Below are positions 38,667 to 47,940 of a DNA stretch of 64,000 bases, piece by piece. This DNA comes from Anaerolineae bacterium (GTDB lineage: Bacteria > Chloroflexota > Anaerolineae > Aggregatilineales > UBA3940): contig DAOTXR010000073.1 of the NCBI GenBank assembly GCA_034435375.1, positions 231,480 to 295,479 of the forward strand, in the 5' to 3' direction. The stretch's first letter is position 1; every line of letters starts with the position of its first letter. The position numbers were made by a program, and so were the translations under genes. Below the pieces are notes generated by a model. That model saw only the letters and a program-made list of their open reading frames with translations, made no database searches and was not told where the DNA came from.

Positions 38667-39944
38667 ATGACGTTTTACGGCTATGACCCTACCAGCGCCA
38701 CGCAGATCGAGACGGATCGGCAGACAATCACTATCGCGCTGGAGCAGATCAAGGGCCTGGTGTCCGAAGAGGCCTTCACCGGTGACACGTTGCTGCTCAA
38801 CATGGGGCCGCAGCATCCCAGCACCCACGGCGTGCTGCGCCTGATGCTGGAGCTAGACGGCGAGACAGTAGTGAGCTGCTTGCCCGATATTGGCTACCTG
38901 CACACCGGCATTGAGAAGAACATGGAGGCCAAGACTTACGAAAAGGCCCTGGTCATGACCGACCGGATCGACTATCTGAACAACCTGGGCAACAATTTGG
39001 CCTATTGCCTGGCCATTGAAAAGCTGGCCGATCTGGACGTGCCCATCCGCGCCCAATATGTTCGTGTGATCCTGGCCGAGCTTCAGCGTATCGCCAGCCA
39101 TCTGGTGTGGCTGGGCACGCACGTGCTCGACTTGGGCGCCACCAGCCTGTTCTTGTATACCTTCCGTGAGCGCGAGTACATCCTCGACATATTCGAATCG
39201 ATCTCTGGCCAGCGAATGATGGGCAGCTACATCCGCCCTGGCGGGCTATGGCGTGACCTGACAGATGACTTCGAACCGATGCTCAGGCGATTTCTGTGGT
39301 ATATGCCACGCAAGATCGACGACTATGAGCGCATCCTGAGCCAGAATCCGCTGTTCATTGAGCGTACCAGAGGCATCGGGGTGATCCCTCCGGACAAAGC
39401 GGTCAATTGGAGTCTGACTGGTCCGGCGTTGCGGGGGTCTGGCGTCAACTTTGACATCCGCAAGGCGTTGCCCTACTCCAGTTATGATCACTTTGAGTTT
39501 GACGTGCCGCTGGGTACGCATGGGGATGTGTACGATCGCTATTTGATCCGCATCGAGGAGATGCGCCAGTCATTGCGGATCGTCGAACAGGCGTTAAATA
39601 GGCTGCCCGGCGGACCGTTTCGCAGCAGCAATCGCAAGTACGTACCGCCGCCGCGCTCCGAGTTGGGGATCAGCATGGAGGCCGTGATCCATCACTTCAA
39701 ACTGTGGACCGAAGGGTTTACACCCCCTCAAGGCGAGGTTTACATCCGCACCGAGTCGCCTAAGGGCGAGCTAGGCGTATACTTGGTCAGTGATGGTGGA
39801 CCCAAGCCATACCGGGTGCACTTCCGCACGCCGTCGTTTGTGAACCTCCAGTCGTTGAGTTGGATCTCGAAAGGCTACATGGTGTCTGATCTGGTAGGCA
39901 TCATCGGCAGCATTGATATTGTGCTCGGCGACTGTGACCGCTAA
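38667..39944 (+). CDS. nuoD: NADH-quinone oxidoreductase subunit D
   Basis: NMGPQHPSTHGVLRL, GYLHTG, DRIDY, ESPKGE, DIVLGDCDR. Confidence 0.97.
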   Translation: MTFYGYDPTSATQIETDRQTITIALEQIKGLVSEEAFTGDTLLLNMGPQHPSTHGVLRLMLELDGETVVSCLPDIGYLHTGIEKNMEAKTYEKALVMTDRIDYLNNLGNNLAYCLAIEKLADLDVPIRAQYVRVILAELQRIASHLVWLGTHVLDLGATSLFLYTFREREYILDIFESISGQRMMGSYIRPGGLWRDLTDDFEPMLRRFLWYMPRKIDDYERILSQNPLFIERTRGIGVIPPDKAVNWSLTGPALRGSGVNFDIRKALPYSSYDHFEFDVPLGTHGDVYDRYLIRIEEMRQSLRIVEQALNRLPGGPFRSSNRKYVPPPRSELGISMEAVIHHFKLWTEGFTPPQGEVYIRTESPKGELGVYLVSDGGPKPYRVHFRTPSFVNLQSLSWISKGYMVSDLVGIIGSIDIVLGDCDR

Positions 39945-39956
39945 GGAGGCGATCGG

Positions 39957-40331
39957 ATGCTGGTCTTAGTCCTGATCCTGTTGTTAGCGTTGTTGGTGGC
40001 GATTGTGGCTATCGTCTTTGCCCTGGGGAATCCAGGCATTATCACTGTGCATGTCCTCACCTGGAGCTTCGAGAGTTCCTTGACCCTGCTGTTGTTGGCA
40101 GCCTTTGGCCTGGGTGTGCTGTTGGGGTGGTTGATCACGGTGCCATCCTCCATCAAGCGCGGCTTGACGCTGGCCGGCCAGAAGAAGAAAATCGCAGAAC
40201 TGGAGAAGGCGCAGGCCAGGGCTGAGGCGGCAGTGGCTGCGGCCAAGCCTCAGGAGCCTCCTAAACCGCCAGAGCCTCCCAAGCCGCCTCAGGGGCCGGA
40301 ACAGCCCCCTGCACAGTCCACATCGCAATAG
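39957..40331 (+). CDS. LapA/DUF1049-like small membrane protein within the nuo operon
   Basis: TM, FALGN...V, TM, coiled coil (KKIAELEK), Pro-rich tail; GGAGG RBS. Confidence 0.75.
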   Translation: MLVLVLILLLALLVAIVAIVFALGNPGIITVHVLTWSFESSLTLLLLAAFGLGVLLGWLITVPSSIKRGLTLAGQKKKIAELEKAQARAEAAVAAAKPQEPPKPPEPPKPPQGPEQPPAQSTSQ

Positions 40332-40345
40332 TGAAGGCTCACAGA

Positions 40346-40849
40346 ATGGCTCTCATTGACACGCGCAGAGAAGACATTGAGCATCACCTGGCCAAGTACC
40401 CAGACAAGAGATCGGCCATCATGCCGCTGCTGTACATCGCCCAGGAAGAATACGGCTACATTACCGACGAAGCCATGCAAGAAATTGCCGATCTGGTGGG
40501 TGTCGAGGTGACACATGTGAAAGGCATCGTCGGTTTCTACACGTTGTACTACGATCAGCCCAAGGGCAAGTACCTGATCCAGGTGTGCACCGACCTGCCC
40601 TGTGCGTTGCGGGGCGCTGAGAAGTTTAGCAAGCACGTCTGTCAGCACTTGGGCATCCAGCCTGGTCAGACGACGGAAGACGGTCTGTTCACAGTGGAGA
40701 ACGTGATGTGCATCGGCGCCTGCGACCGCGCGCCCGTCATGCAGGTGAATCTCAAGTTTCATGAGAATATGACCGAGAAGAAAGCCGAGCAGCTTATTGA
40801 GGCGTTGCGCCGTGAACACCAGGCCACCCAGCCCTATCGGAAAGAGTGA
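40346..40849 (+). CDS. nuoE: NADH-quinone oxidoreductase subunit E
   Basis: VCTDLPC, CIGAC [2Fe-2S] ligands. Confidence 0.95.
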   Translation: MALIDTRREDIEHHLAKYPDKRSAIMPLLYIAQEEYGYITDEAMQEIADLVGVEVTHVKGIVGFYTLYYDQPKGKYLIQVCTDLPCALRGAEKFSKHVCQHLGIQPGQTTEDGLFTVENVMCIGACDRAPVMQVNLKFHENMTEKKAEQLIEALRREHQATQPYRKE

Positions 40850-41252
40850 CTACGAGCGTGTAATGGCGCTGTGGCAAGCTGCCGGGCTGCACATCAAACC
40901 AACTGGGCGCGACTCGCGTGCAGCCTTCGAACGGCAGATAGACGGCGGACGCCAGACCGTGATCGGCGTTGAGACTGAGGCAGGCGACCTGGTGGGGGTG
41001 GTGATTGCCACTCACGATGGACGCAAGGGCTGGATCAATCGGTTGGCCGTCCACCCCGACTACCGCCGTCAGGGAATTGCCACGGCACTGATCAAGGCTG
41101 CCGAGGATGCACTGCGTGCACAAGGCATTGAGATTTTCGCTGCGCTGATCGAGGCAGATAACCACGCTTCGCTGTCGGTGTTCCTGGAGGCCGGATACTT
41201 GGAGTGGACCGGCCTGCATTATGTCAGCAAACGTGACCGCGAAGATGTATAG
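40812..41252 (+). CDS. GNAT N-acetyltransferase within the nuo operon
   Basis: DYERVMALW, GWINRLAVHPDYRRQGIATALI (acetyl-CoA motif A), NHASL; GTG start overlaps the nuoE 3' end. Confidence 0.85.
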   Translation: MNTRPPSPIGKSDYERVMALWQAAGLHIKPTGRDSRAAFERQIDGGRQTVIGVETEAGDLVGVVIATHDGRKGWINRLAVHPDYRRQGIATALIKAAEDALRAQGIEIFAALIEADNHASLSVFLEAGYLEWTGLHYVSKRDREDV

Positions 41253-41309
41253 CTGCTGGCTGTCGATCCCGGCAGCGGGCAGCCGCGAAGAGGATTGAGG
41301 GCTATACCT

Positions 41310-42611
41310 GTGGCACACATCTTGCTGCGTGAACTCGACATTCCCGACATTGCCCAGATGGACGTGTACCTGGCGCACGGCGGCTACGAGGGCCTGCGTA
41401 AAGCTGTCACCGCGCACGAACCCGACCAGGTGATCGAGATTGTGAAGGCGTCGGGGCTGCGCGGGCGCGGCGGCGCGGGCTTCCCGACCGGCGTCAAGTG
41501 GAGCTTCGTGCCCAGGGACGTGTTCCCCAGGTACGTATGCGTCAACGCGGATGAGTCCGAGCCAGGCACGTTCAAAGACCGCCAGCTGATGGAATACAAC
41601 CCCCATCAGGTGATCGAGGGCGCGTTGATCGCCGCCTATGCCATCCGCTCTGAAGCCATCTACATTTACATTCGTGGTGAGTACTGGGACATTGCCGATT
41701 GGCTCGACCAGAAGATCGAAGAAGCCCGCGCTCATGGCTTTGTCGGACGGAATATCCTCGGCTCTGGCTGGAGCTGCGAGGTTTACACTCATCGAGGGGC
41801 AGGGGCATACATCTGCGGTGAGGAGACCGCGCTTTTGGAGTCGCTTGAGGGCAAGCGGGGGCAGCCGCGCATCCGGCCTCCGTTTCCGGCCAGTGTGGGT
41901 CTCTATGGCAAGCCGACGGTGATCAACAACGTGGAAACGCTGGCGAACGTGCCCTACATCCTGGTCAACGGCGCGGAGGGCTATCGGCAGTTTGGCACCT
42001 CGGACAGCCCGGGGGTTAAGATTTTTTGCCTGAGCGGGCACGTCAATCGACCCGGCAACTATGAGATGCCCTTTGGCGGCGAGACGACCTTCCGCAAGCT
42101 GATCTACGAGCTGGGAGGTGGTGTGCCGGGTGGCAGGCAGGTCAAGGGTATTCTGCCTGCTGGAGCCAGCGGAGCGATCCTGCCCGCCACTGACGAGGTG
42201 CTCGACACGCCCATCGCCTATGGCAGCTTTAAGAAGTGGAACACCGATATTGGTTCGGCCTCCGTGATTGTGTTGGACGAGACAGTTGACATGGCATGGG
42301 CCGCCAGCAAGATGATCCACTTCTTCTCACACGAGTCGTGTGGGCAGTGTACGCCTTGCCGTGAAGGGACATACTGGCTGAGACGACTGTATGAGCGCCT
42401 GGAATCGGGGCTGGCCGACGAAGGCGATGTAGAGACGATGAACAGTGTGGCTTCTCAGATGAAGGGCAAGTGCATCTGCGCCCTGGGCGAGTTCGCCGTT
42501 AATCCAGTCGTGGCGACCATTCAGCACTTTCGCAGCGACTACTCGCTGGCGGTCCGCAGCGAGAAGGCCGAAGAGACCGCCCGCGCTGAGGAAATGGCTG
42601 CATCTGATTGA
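41310..42611 (+). CDS. nuoF: NADH-quinone oxidoreductase subunit F
   Basis: GRGGAGFPTG, NADESEPGTFKD, GAGAYICGEE, ESCGQCTPCREG, CICALG. Confidence 0.97.
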   Translation: MAHILLRELDIPDIAQMDVYLAHGGYEGLRKAVTAHEPDQVIEIVKASGLRGRGGAGFPTGVKWSFVPRDVFPRYVCVNADESEPGTFKDRQLMEYNPHQVIEGALIAAYAIRSEAIYIYIRGEYWDIADWLDQKIEEARAHGFVGRNILGSGWSCEVYTHRGAGAYICGEETALLESLEGKRGQPRIRPPFPASVGLYGKPTVINNVETLANVPYILVNGAEGYRQFGTSDSPGVKIFCLSGHVNRPGNYEMPFGGETTFRKLIYELGGGVPGGRQVKGILPAGASGAILPATDEVLDTPIAYGSFKKWNTDIGSASVIVLDETVDMAWAASKMIHFFSHESCGQCTPCREGTYWLRRLYERLESGLADEGDVETMNSVASQMKGKCICALGEFAVNPVVATIQHFRSDYSLAVRSEKAEETARAEEMAASD

Positions 42612-42701
42612 CAGGCTCCGCCTGTCCAGGGATCGCCAGCGGTGAACGAGGGGCATCTAACCTGCGCTGAACGTATACATCGGTGAATGGGACACGACTC
42701 C

Positions 42702-45320
42702 ATGACGGACATCGTAAAGATCACAATCGATGACATCGAATACGAAGTCCCGGCAGGCATGAACTTGGTCGACGCGGCCAAGCGATGCGGTGTTGACATC
42801 CCGGTCTTCTGCTATCACCCCAAGCTAGGACACGATGGCAATTGCCGGATGTGTCTGGTCGAACTGGCCACCCCGCGCCAGAACCGCGACACGGGCCAGA
42901 TGGAACTGGCCTGGCTTCCCACGCTCCAGACGGCCTGCACCCAGCGCACCAGCGAGGGCCTGGCCATCCGCACCCGGTCGCCCAAGGTGATCGATGGTCG
43001 GCGTGAGATTCTGGAGTTCCTGCTCTCCAGCCATCCGCTCGACTGCCCAATTTGTGACAAGGGCGGCGAATGCCCACTCCAGAATCTCACCATGCGCCAT
43101 GGTCCAGGCACCAGCCGGATGTACTGGGAAGAGAAGATGCACCTGGGCAAGCACATCCCGCTGGGCGAACTCATCTTCCTGGATCAGGAGCGGTGCATCC
43201 ACTGTGCACGCTGTATCCGCTTCCAGGACTTGATTGCTGACGATCCGGTGTTGGGATTTGACCAACGCGGGCGCAGGCAGCAAATCATCACTCACAGCCA
43301 TCCGCCCTTTGACAGCATTTTCTCCGGCAACACCACCGACATCTGCCCCGTGGGTGCGCTCACTACCGCCGACTTCCGTTTCAATGCCCGGCCTTGGGAG
43401 ATGGTGCAGGTGGCGACGATCTGCTCGCACTGCCCGGTGGGTTGCAACATGAGCTTCGACACACGTCCTGACCGCCTGGCCGGCGGACGCACGACGATCA
43501 AGCGCGTGATGCCCCGCCAGAATGAGCGTGTCAACGAAATCTGGATCTGCGACAAGGGCCGCTTTGCTTACCCCTACATGGACCATTCCGATCGCCTCCG
43601 GCATCCCATGGCCCGTAGAGGCGGTCAACTGGTCGAGGCAACGTGGGACGAGGCCATCAACGAGGCGGTGGCCCAGCTCAAGGCTGCCGGGCCAAGTGTA
43701 GCGGCTATAGCAGGGGGCCGGCTGAGCAATGAAGACCTGTACGTGCTGCAGAAGCTGATCCGCACCCAGGGCAGCCATTGTCTGGCTCCCTACCCAGATA
43801 CAGCGCCAGGCGGCCAATTCGCTGCGTGGTACGGCGTAGGGGTCGGCACCAATCTGCTGGATATGGGCGCAGGGGATGCGATCCTGGTGATCGCCTGCGA
43901 CCTGCACCAGGAAGCACCCGTGTGGTGGCTGCGCGTTATCGCTGCCGCCAAACGCGGCGCGCAGGTGATCGTCATCAACGGGCGCGAGACACGCCTGGAC
44001 AAGTTCGCTACCCATGCAGTCCGCTATGCCTATGGGGACGAGATCGCCACGCTCAATGCCCTGCTGGGCAGCCTACCCAAGAGCGCCATCCAGCCAGGGC
44101 GAGTTGTCGAGGGGTTGGAAGAAGCTCTGGCCTATGCCAGGGAATGCAAAGCCAGCGCCGACGTGAGAGCTGCGGCCAAGTCTCTGACCGAAGCACGCCA
44201 CGCGATTGCCTTCGTGGGCAGCGAAGGGCTGGGGCCACTTGACAGCGATCAGCTAGCTCAGGCAGCGGCCAATCTGCTTGTTGCCACCGGGCACACAGGC
44301 CGCCCGAACAACGGTCTGGTGATCGTGTGGCCAACGGCGAATGGCCAGGGAGCATCGGATATGGGCTTTCGCCCCGATTGCCTGCCCGGCTACTGGCCGC
44401 TTGAAACACCGGGCATGGGGTATGCCGACATTCTCTCGGCATTGGAGAGCAATCAGATCAAGGCTCTCTACATCGCAGGAGCCGACCCGGCTTTTGACGA
44501 TCCAGCGGCAGAGCGGGCTTTGCGGCAGACCAAGGGCTTCATCATCGTGCAGGACATGTTCCTGACTAACACAGCCAAGTTGGCCGACATCGTGCTTCCG
44601 GCGTGCAGCATCGGAGAGCGTGAGGGTACCTACACCACCGGTGAGCGGCGCGTGCAGCGCTTCTATCCAGCTATCGAACCAATCGGCCAGAGCCGCCCGG
44701 ACTGGCAGATCGTGCAGACGATTGCCGCCGGCCTCGGCCACGGCCAGCCTGCCCCTTCGGCGGCAGCGCTCTTAACGGAGATCGGGCAGGCAATACCGCA
44801 ATATGCAGGCATCACCTACCAGGCGCTGGCTCAGATCGAACCGCAGTTCCCGGATGTGGGCGGTGAGGACCTGTACTACGGCGGCACAGCCTTCACCAAT
44901 GTGCGTGGGTTAGGCGTGCAGTGGGCCACCCTGGCCGAAGACTCGAATGCAGCGCTGACCGTCCGGCCTGCCAGAGTGGGCACATCGCTGTCGGCTGCGT
45001 CTGAAAACGACACGTGGGTCGTCGTGCCAATCACCCTGATCTACGATGCCGAGCCGGTGTTCGGCAAGACCTCGTTGTTGCATCGCCGCGTCCCAGCGCC
45101 ATACGTGGGCCTCAATCCGGCAGATGCTGCTCGTCTGAATGTGTCGAACGGCGAGATGTTGGCTGTGATGTTGGGCGATCACCGCGTGGCGGTGGCTGCC
45201 TATGTCGATGCCCAGACGCCCGCCGGTGTGCTCACTATGCCGCGTCGTCTACAACCTCAGGGTGCGCCACGCATGGCCACGCTTGCTCACGTTGCCAAAC
45301 TGGAGAAGATGGAGGCATGA
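42702..45320 (+). CDS. nuoG: NADH-quinone oxidoreductase subunit G
   Basis: N1b FCYH...GNCRMC...C, N5 HPLDCPICDKGGEC, N4 CIHCARC, N7 CSHCPVGC...CDKG. Confidence 0.96.
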   Translation: MTDIVKITIDDIEYEVPAGMNLVDAAKRCGVDIPVFCYHPKLGHDGNCRMCLVELATPRQNRDTGQMELAWLPTLQTACTQRTSEGLAIRTRSPKVIDGRREILEFLLSSHPLDCPICDKGGECPLQNLTMRHGPGTSRMYWEEKMHLGKHIPLGELIFLDQERCIHCARCIRFQDLIADDPVLGFDQRGRRQQIITHSHPPFDSIFSGNTTDICPVGALTTADFRFNARPWEMVQVATICSHCPVGCNMSFDTRPDRLAGGRTTIKRVMPRQNERVNEIWICDKGRFAYPYMDHSDRLRHPMARRGGQLVEATWDEAINEAVAQLKAAGPSVAAIAGGRLSNEDLYVLQKLIRTQGSHCLAPYPDTAPGGQFAAWYGVGVGTNLLDMGAGDAILVIACDLHQEAPVWWLRVIAAAKRGAQVIVINGRETRLDKFATHAVRYAYGDEIATLNALLGSLPKSAIQPGRVVEGLEEALAYARECKASADVRAAAKSLTEARHAIAFVGSEGLGPLDSDQLAQAAANLLVATGHTGRPNNGLVIVWPTANGQGASDMGFRPDCLPGYWPLETPGMGYADILSALESNQIKALYIAGADPAFDDPAAERALRQTKGFIIVQDMFLTNTAKLADIVLPACSIGEREGTYTTGERRVQRFYPAIEPIGQSRPDWQIVQTIAAGLGHGQPAPSAAALLTEIGQAIPQYAGITYQALAQIEPQFPDVGGEDLYYGGTAFTNVRGLGVQWATLAEDSNAALTVRPARVGTSLSAASENDTWVVVPITLIYDAEPVFGKTSLLHRRVPAPYVGLNPADAARLNVSNGEMLAVMLGDHRVAVAAYVDAQTPAGVLTMPRRLQPQGAPRMATLAHVAKLEKMEA

Positions 45321-46345
45321 GCGATTTTGCCATCTTCCTGATCGACGTCATCGTCAAGTCGGTGCTGATCATCATCGCCTTGCTGACAGGCTTCGCCTAC
45401 ACCACTGTGCTAGAGCGACGCTTTATTGCCCGCCTGCAGTCGCGCATCGGCCCCAACCGCGCAGGCCCCTGGGGGTTATTGCAACCGGTAGCCGATGGAT
45501 TGAAGCTGTTCTTTAAAGAGGATATTGTGCCCCAGCAGGCCAGCAAGTTTCTGTTCTCGATTGCCCCTGCTGTGGCTGCCGTTCCAGCGTTTATCGTGCT
45601 GGCGGTCGTGCCGATTGGCGAAGAGGTGAACCTCTTTGGCCATAAGACGGCGCTGGGACTGACGGATATCAACGTCGGCGTGTTGTACATTCTAGCCATT
45701 ACCTCGATTGCCGTGTATGGCATCGTGCTGGCCGGATGGGCTTCGGCCAACAAGTATGCCATGCTGGGTGGGCTGCGGGCCACGGCACAGATGATCAGCT
45801 ACGAACTGGCCATGAGCCTGACAGTCATGACGCCAGTTATGCTGGCCGGGTCGATGAGCCTGGGAGACATCATCGATGCCCAAAAGAACGTGTGGTTTAT
45901 CTTCCTCCAGCCCATCGCAGGCGTGATCTTTTACATTACTGCGCTGGCCGAGACCAACCGTGCGCCTTTTGACCTGCCCGAAGCCGAGCAGGAGCTGGTG
46001 GCCGGGTATCACAGTGAGTACAGCGGCATGAAGTTTGCCGCCTTTTTCATGGCCGAATACATGAAGATGATCGCTGAAAGTGCGATCTTCGCTGCATTAT
46101 TCCTAGGTGGCTTTCGCATGTTCGGCTGGGAGAGCCTGCTGGGCGGTTGGATGGGTCCTGTGATCCTGTTCGGCAAAGTCGTTGTGTCGTTGATGGTGAT
46201 GATATGGATCCGCGCCACCGTGCCGCGCTTCCGCTACGACCAGCTCATGTCGTTTGGCTGGAAGATCATGCTGCCAGTTTCGCTGGCGAACGCTGTAGTG
46301 ACCGCCGTGCTGATCGTCCTGGACATGTTTCCGGGTTTAGCATGA
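45317..46345 (+). CDS. nuoH: NADH-quinone oxidoreductase subunit H
   Basis: RIGPNRAGP, ADGLKL, AETNRAPFDLPEAEQEL, PRFRYDQ. Confidence 0.97.
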   Translation: MSDFAIFLIDVIVKSVLIIIALLTGFAYTTVLERRFIARLQSRIGPNRAGPWGLLQPVADGLKLFFKEDIVPQQASKFLFSIAPAVAAVPAFIVLAVVPIGEEVNLFGHKTALGLTDINVGVLYILAITSIAVYGIVLAGWASANKYAMLGGLRATAQMISYELAMSLTVMTPVMLAGSMSLGDIIDAQKNVWFIFLQPIAGVIFYITALAETNRAPFDLPEAEQELVAGYHSEYSGMKFAAFFMAEYMKMIAESAIFAALFLGGFRMFGWESLLGGWMGPVILFGKVVVSLMVMIWIRATVPRFRYDQLMSFGWKIMLPVSLANAVVTAVLIVLDMFPGLA

Positions 46346-46398
46346 GTTGAGCTGAGGAATCTCGTACAGGGTTTCGGGATGAGAGGGAATCTGGAACC

Positions 46399-46914
46399 AT
46401 GAACAGACTAAAACAAGGGCTTGGGCTGATCGAAGGGTTAGCAACGGTGTTGAAGTATGCCTTCGAGAAGCCTGTCACGATCGAGTATCCGGAGGAGATG
46501 AAGCCTTTCGCCGAGCGCTTCAAGGGCCGCCACGAGCTGAAGCGGTATGACAATGGCCTGGAGAAATGCATCGGGTGCGCCCTGTGTGCGGCAGCCTGCC
46601 CTGCCGATGCCATCTGGGTGGAAGCTGCTGAGAACACCGACGAGGAGCGCTACTCGCCAGGCGAACGCTACGCCAAGACCTACGAGATCAACATGCTGCG
46701 CTGTATTTACTGTGGCTACTGTGAAGACGCCTGTCCCACCGAGGCGATTGTGCTTGAGCATCACTATCAGCTCTCCTTTTTCGACCGACAGAGCGCCATC
46801 TACACCAAGGAGATGCTGCTCGTTCCACCACCGCCGGGCGCCCAGGACACGCCCCAGCGGGTGGAACCGGGCAGTTTCGACCGCTCTATTCCGGTGATGG
46901 AGGACCCGAAGTGA
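46399..46914 (+). CDS. nuoI: NADH-quinone oxidoreductase subunit I
   Basis: CIGCALCAAACP and CIYCGYCEDACP. Confidence 0.97.
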   Translation: MNRLKQGLGLIEGLATVLKYAFEKPVTIEYPEEMKPFAERFKGRHELKRYDNGLEKCIGCALCAAACPADAIWVEAAENTDEERYSPGERYAKTYEINMLRCIYCGYCEDACPTEAIVLEHHYQLSFFDRQSAIYTKEMLLVPPPPGAQDTPQRVEPGSFDRSIPVMEDPK

Positions 46915-47008
46915 CGAAGAGGCTGGATGAGGTCGCCCGTGAGTCGTCCTGCCACACCTCTTTCTGGTTGCCAGGGCTTGAGGTTTTCACGACAAAGGCA
47001 GTTGCATC

Positions 47009-47590
47009 ATGATCGGAACAATCCTGTTTGGACTTGTGGCTCTGGTGGCTGTGGCGGCAGCCATTGGCATGCTGATCAGCACTAATGCTGTACACGCTGC
47101 GCTCTACCTGGTCATTAACCTGTTGTGCGTGGCGATGTTTTACCTGGGCTTGCACGCTCCTTTCCTGGCTATGGTGCAGATCAGCGTATATGCTGGGGCT
47201 ATCATGGTGCTGTTCCTGTTCGTCATCATGCTGCTGGGCGCAGAGCGTGTATACCTGCAATCACGGCTGCGCTGGCAGGCCCCGCTGGCGATTGTGCTGG
47301 TTGCAGTGCTGTTGAGTGTCTCGGTGTTCATTCTGATCAGCCCCCAGGTTGGCCTGGAATTGACCAATCCCCAGCCGCTGGGCGAGGCGGGAGTGTCGAT
47401 GGAGGGATACGGCAGCCCGCAGGCCGTCGGCGAGTTGCTGTTCACGCAGTACATGTTGCCTTTCCAGATGACCGGGGTGCTGTTGTTGGTGGCCATGATC
47501 GGAGCGATTGTGCTGGCTAAAGAAGAGAAGAAGCCCAAACCACAGACGCCGGTCGGGGCCGCCCAGGACTCCACAGCGATGGACCGCTGA
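47009..47590 (+). CDS. nuoJ: NADH-quinone oxidoreductase subunit J
   Basis: [20 protein letters not shown]. Confidence 0.95.
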   Translation: MIGTILFGLVALVAVAAAIGMLISTNAVHAALYLVINLLCVAMFYLGLHAPFLAMVQISVYAGAIMVLFLFVIMLLGAERVYLQSRLRWQAPLAIVLVAVLLSVSVFILISPQVGLELTNPQPLGEAGVSMEGYGSPQAVGELLFTQYMLPFQMTGVLLLVAMIGAIVLAKEEKKPKPQTPVGAAQDSTAMDR

Positions 47591-47609
47591 GCCTATCTCC
47601 AAGAGGGCA

Positions 47610-47936
47610 ATGATGTTCGACGAAACGACTTTTCTGGTGCCAACGAACTATTACATCCTGCTGAGCGCAGTGTTGTTTGCCATTGGCGTGACCGGCGTCC
47701 TGATCCGGCGTAACGCGATCCTGATCTTTATGTCGGTCGAGCTGATGCTCAACTCAGCCAACCTGGCCTTTGTGGCCTTCGCACGCGCCTTCCAGGACCT
47801 GGGAGGGCAGGTGTTTGTCTTTTTTGTGATGACGGTTGCTGCCGCAGAGGTCGCCGTGGGTCTGGCGCTGATTGTCACCATTTTCCGCACCAAGCAAAGC
47901 ATCGACATCGACGAGCTGCACGAGATGAAAGAGTAG
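47610..47936 (+). CDS. nuoK: NADH-quinone oxidoreductase subunit K
   Basis: [23 protein letters not shown]. Confidence 0.96.
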   Translation: MMFDETTFLVPTNYYILLSAVLFAIGVTGVLIRRNAILIFMSVELMLNSANLAFVAFARAFQDLGGQVFVFFVMTVAAAEVAVGLALIVTIFRTKQSIDIDELHEMKE

Positions 47937-47940
47937 CCCT

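Noticed and set aside
40794-42320. 508-aa minus-strand ORF and similar long antisense ORFs across the window
   Set aside because: Shadow frames of well-supported genes (GNAT, nuoF and others) with no independent motifs.
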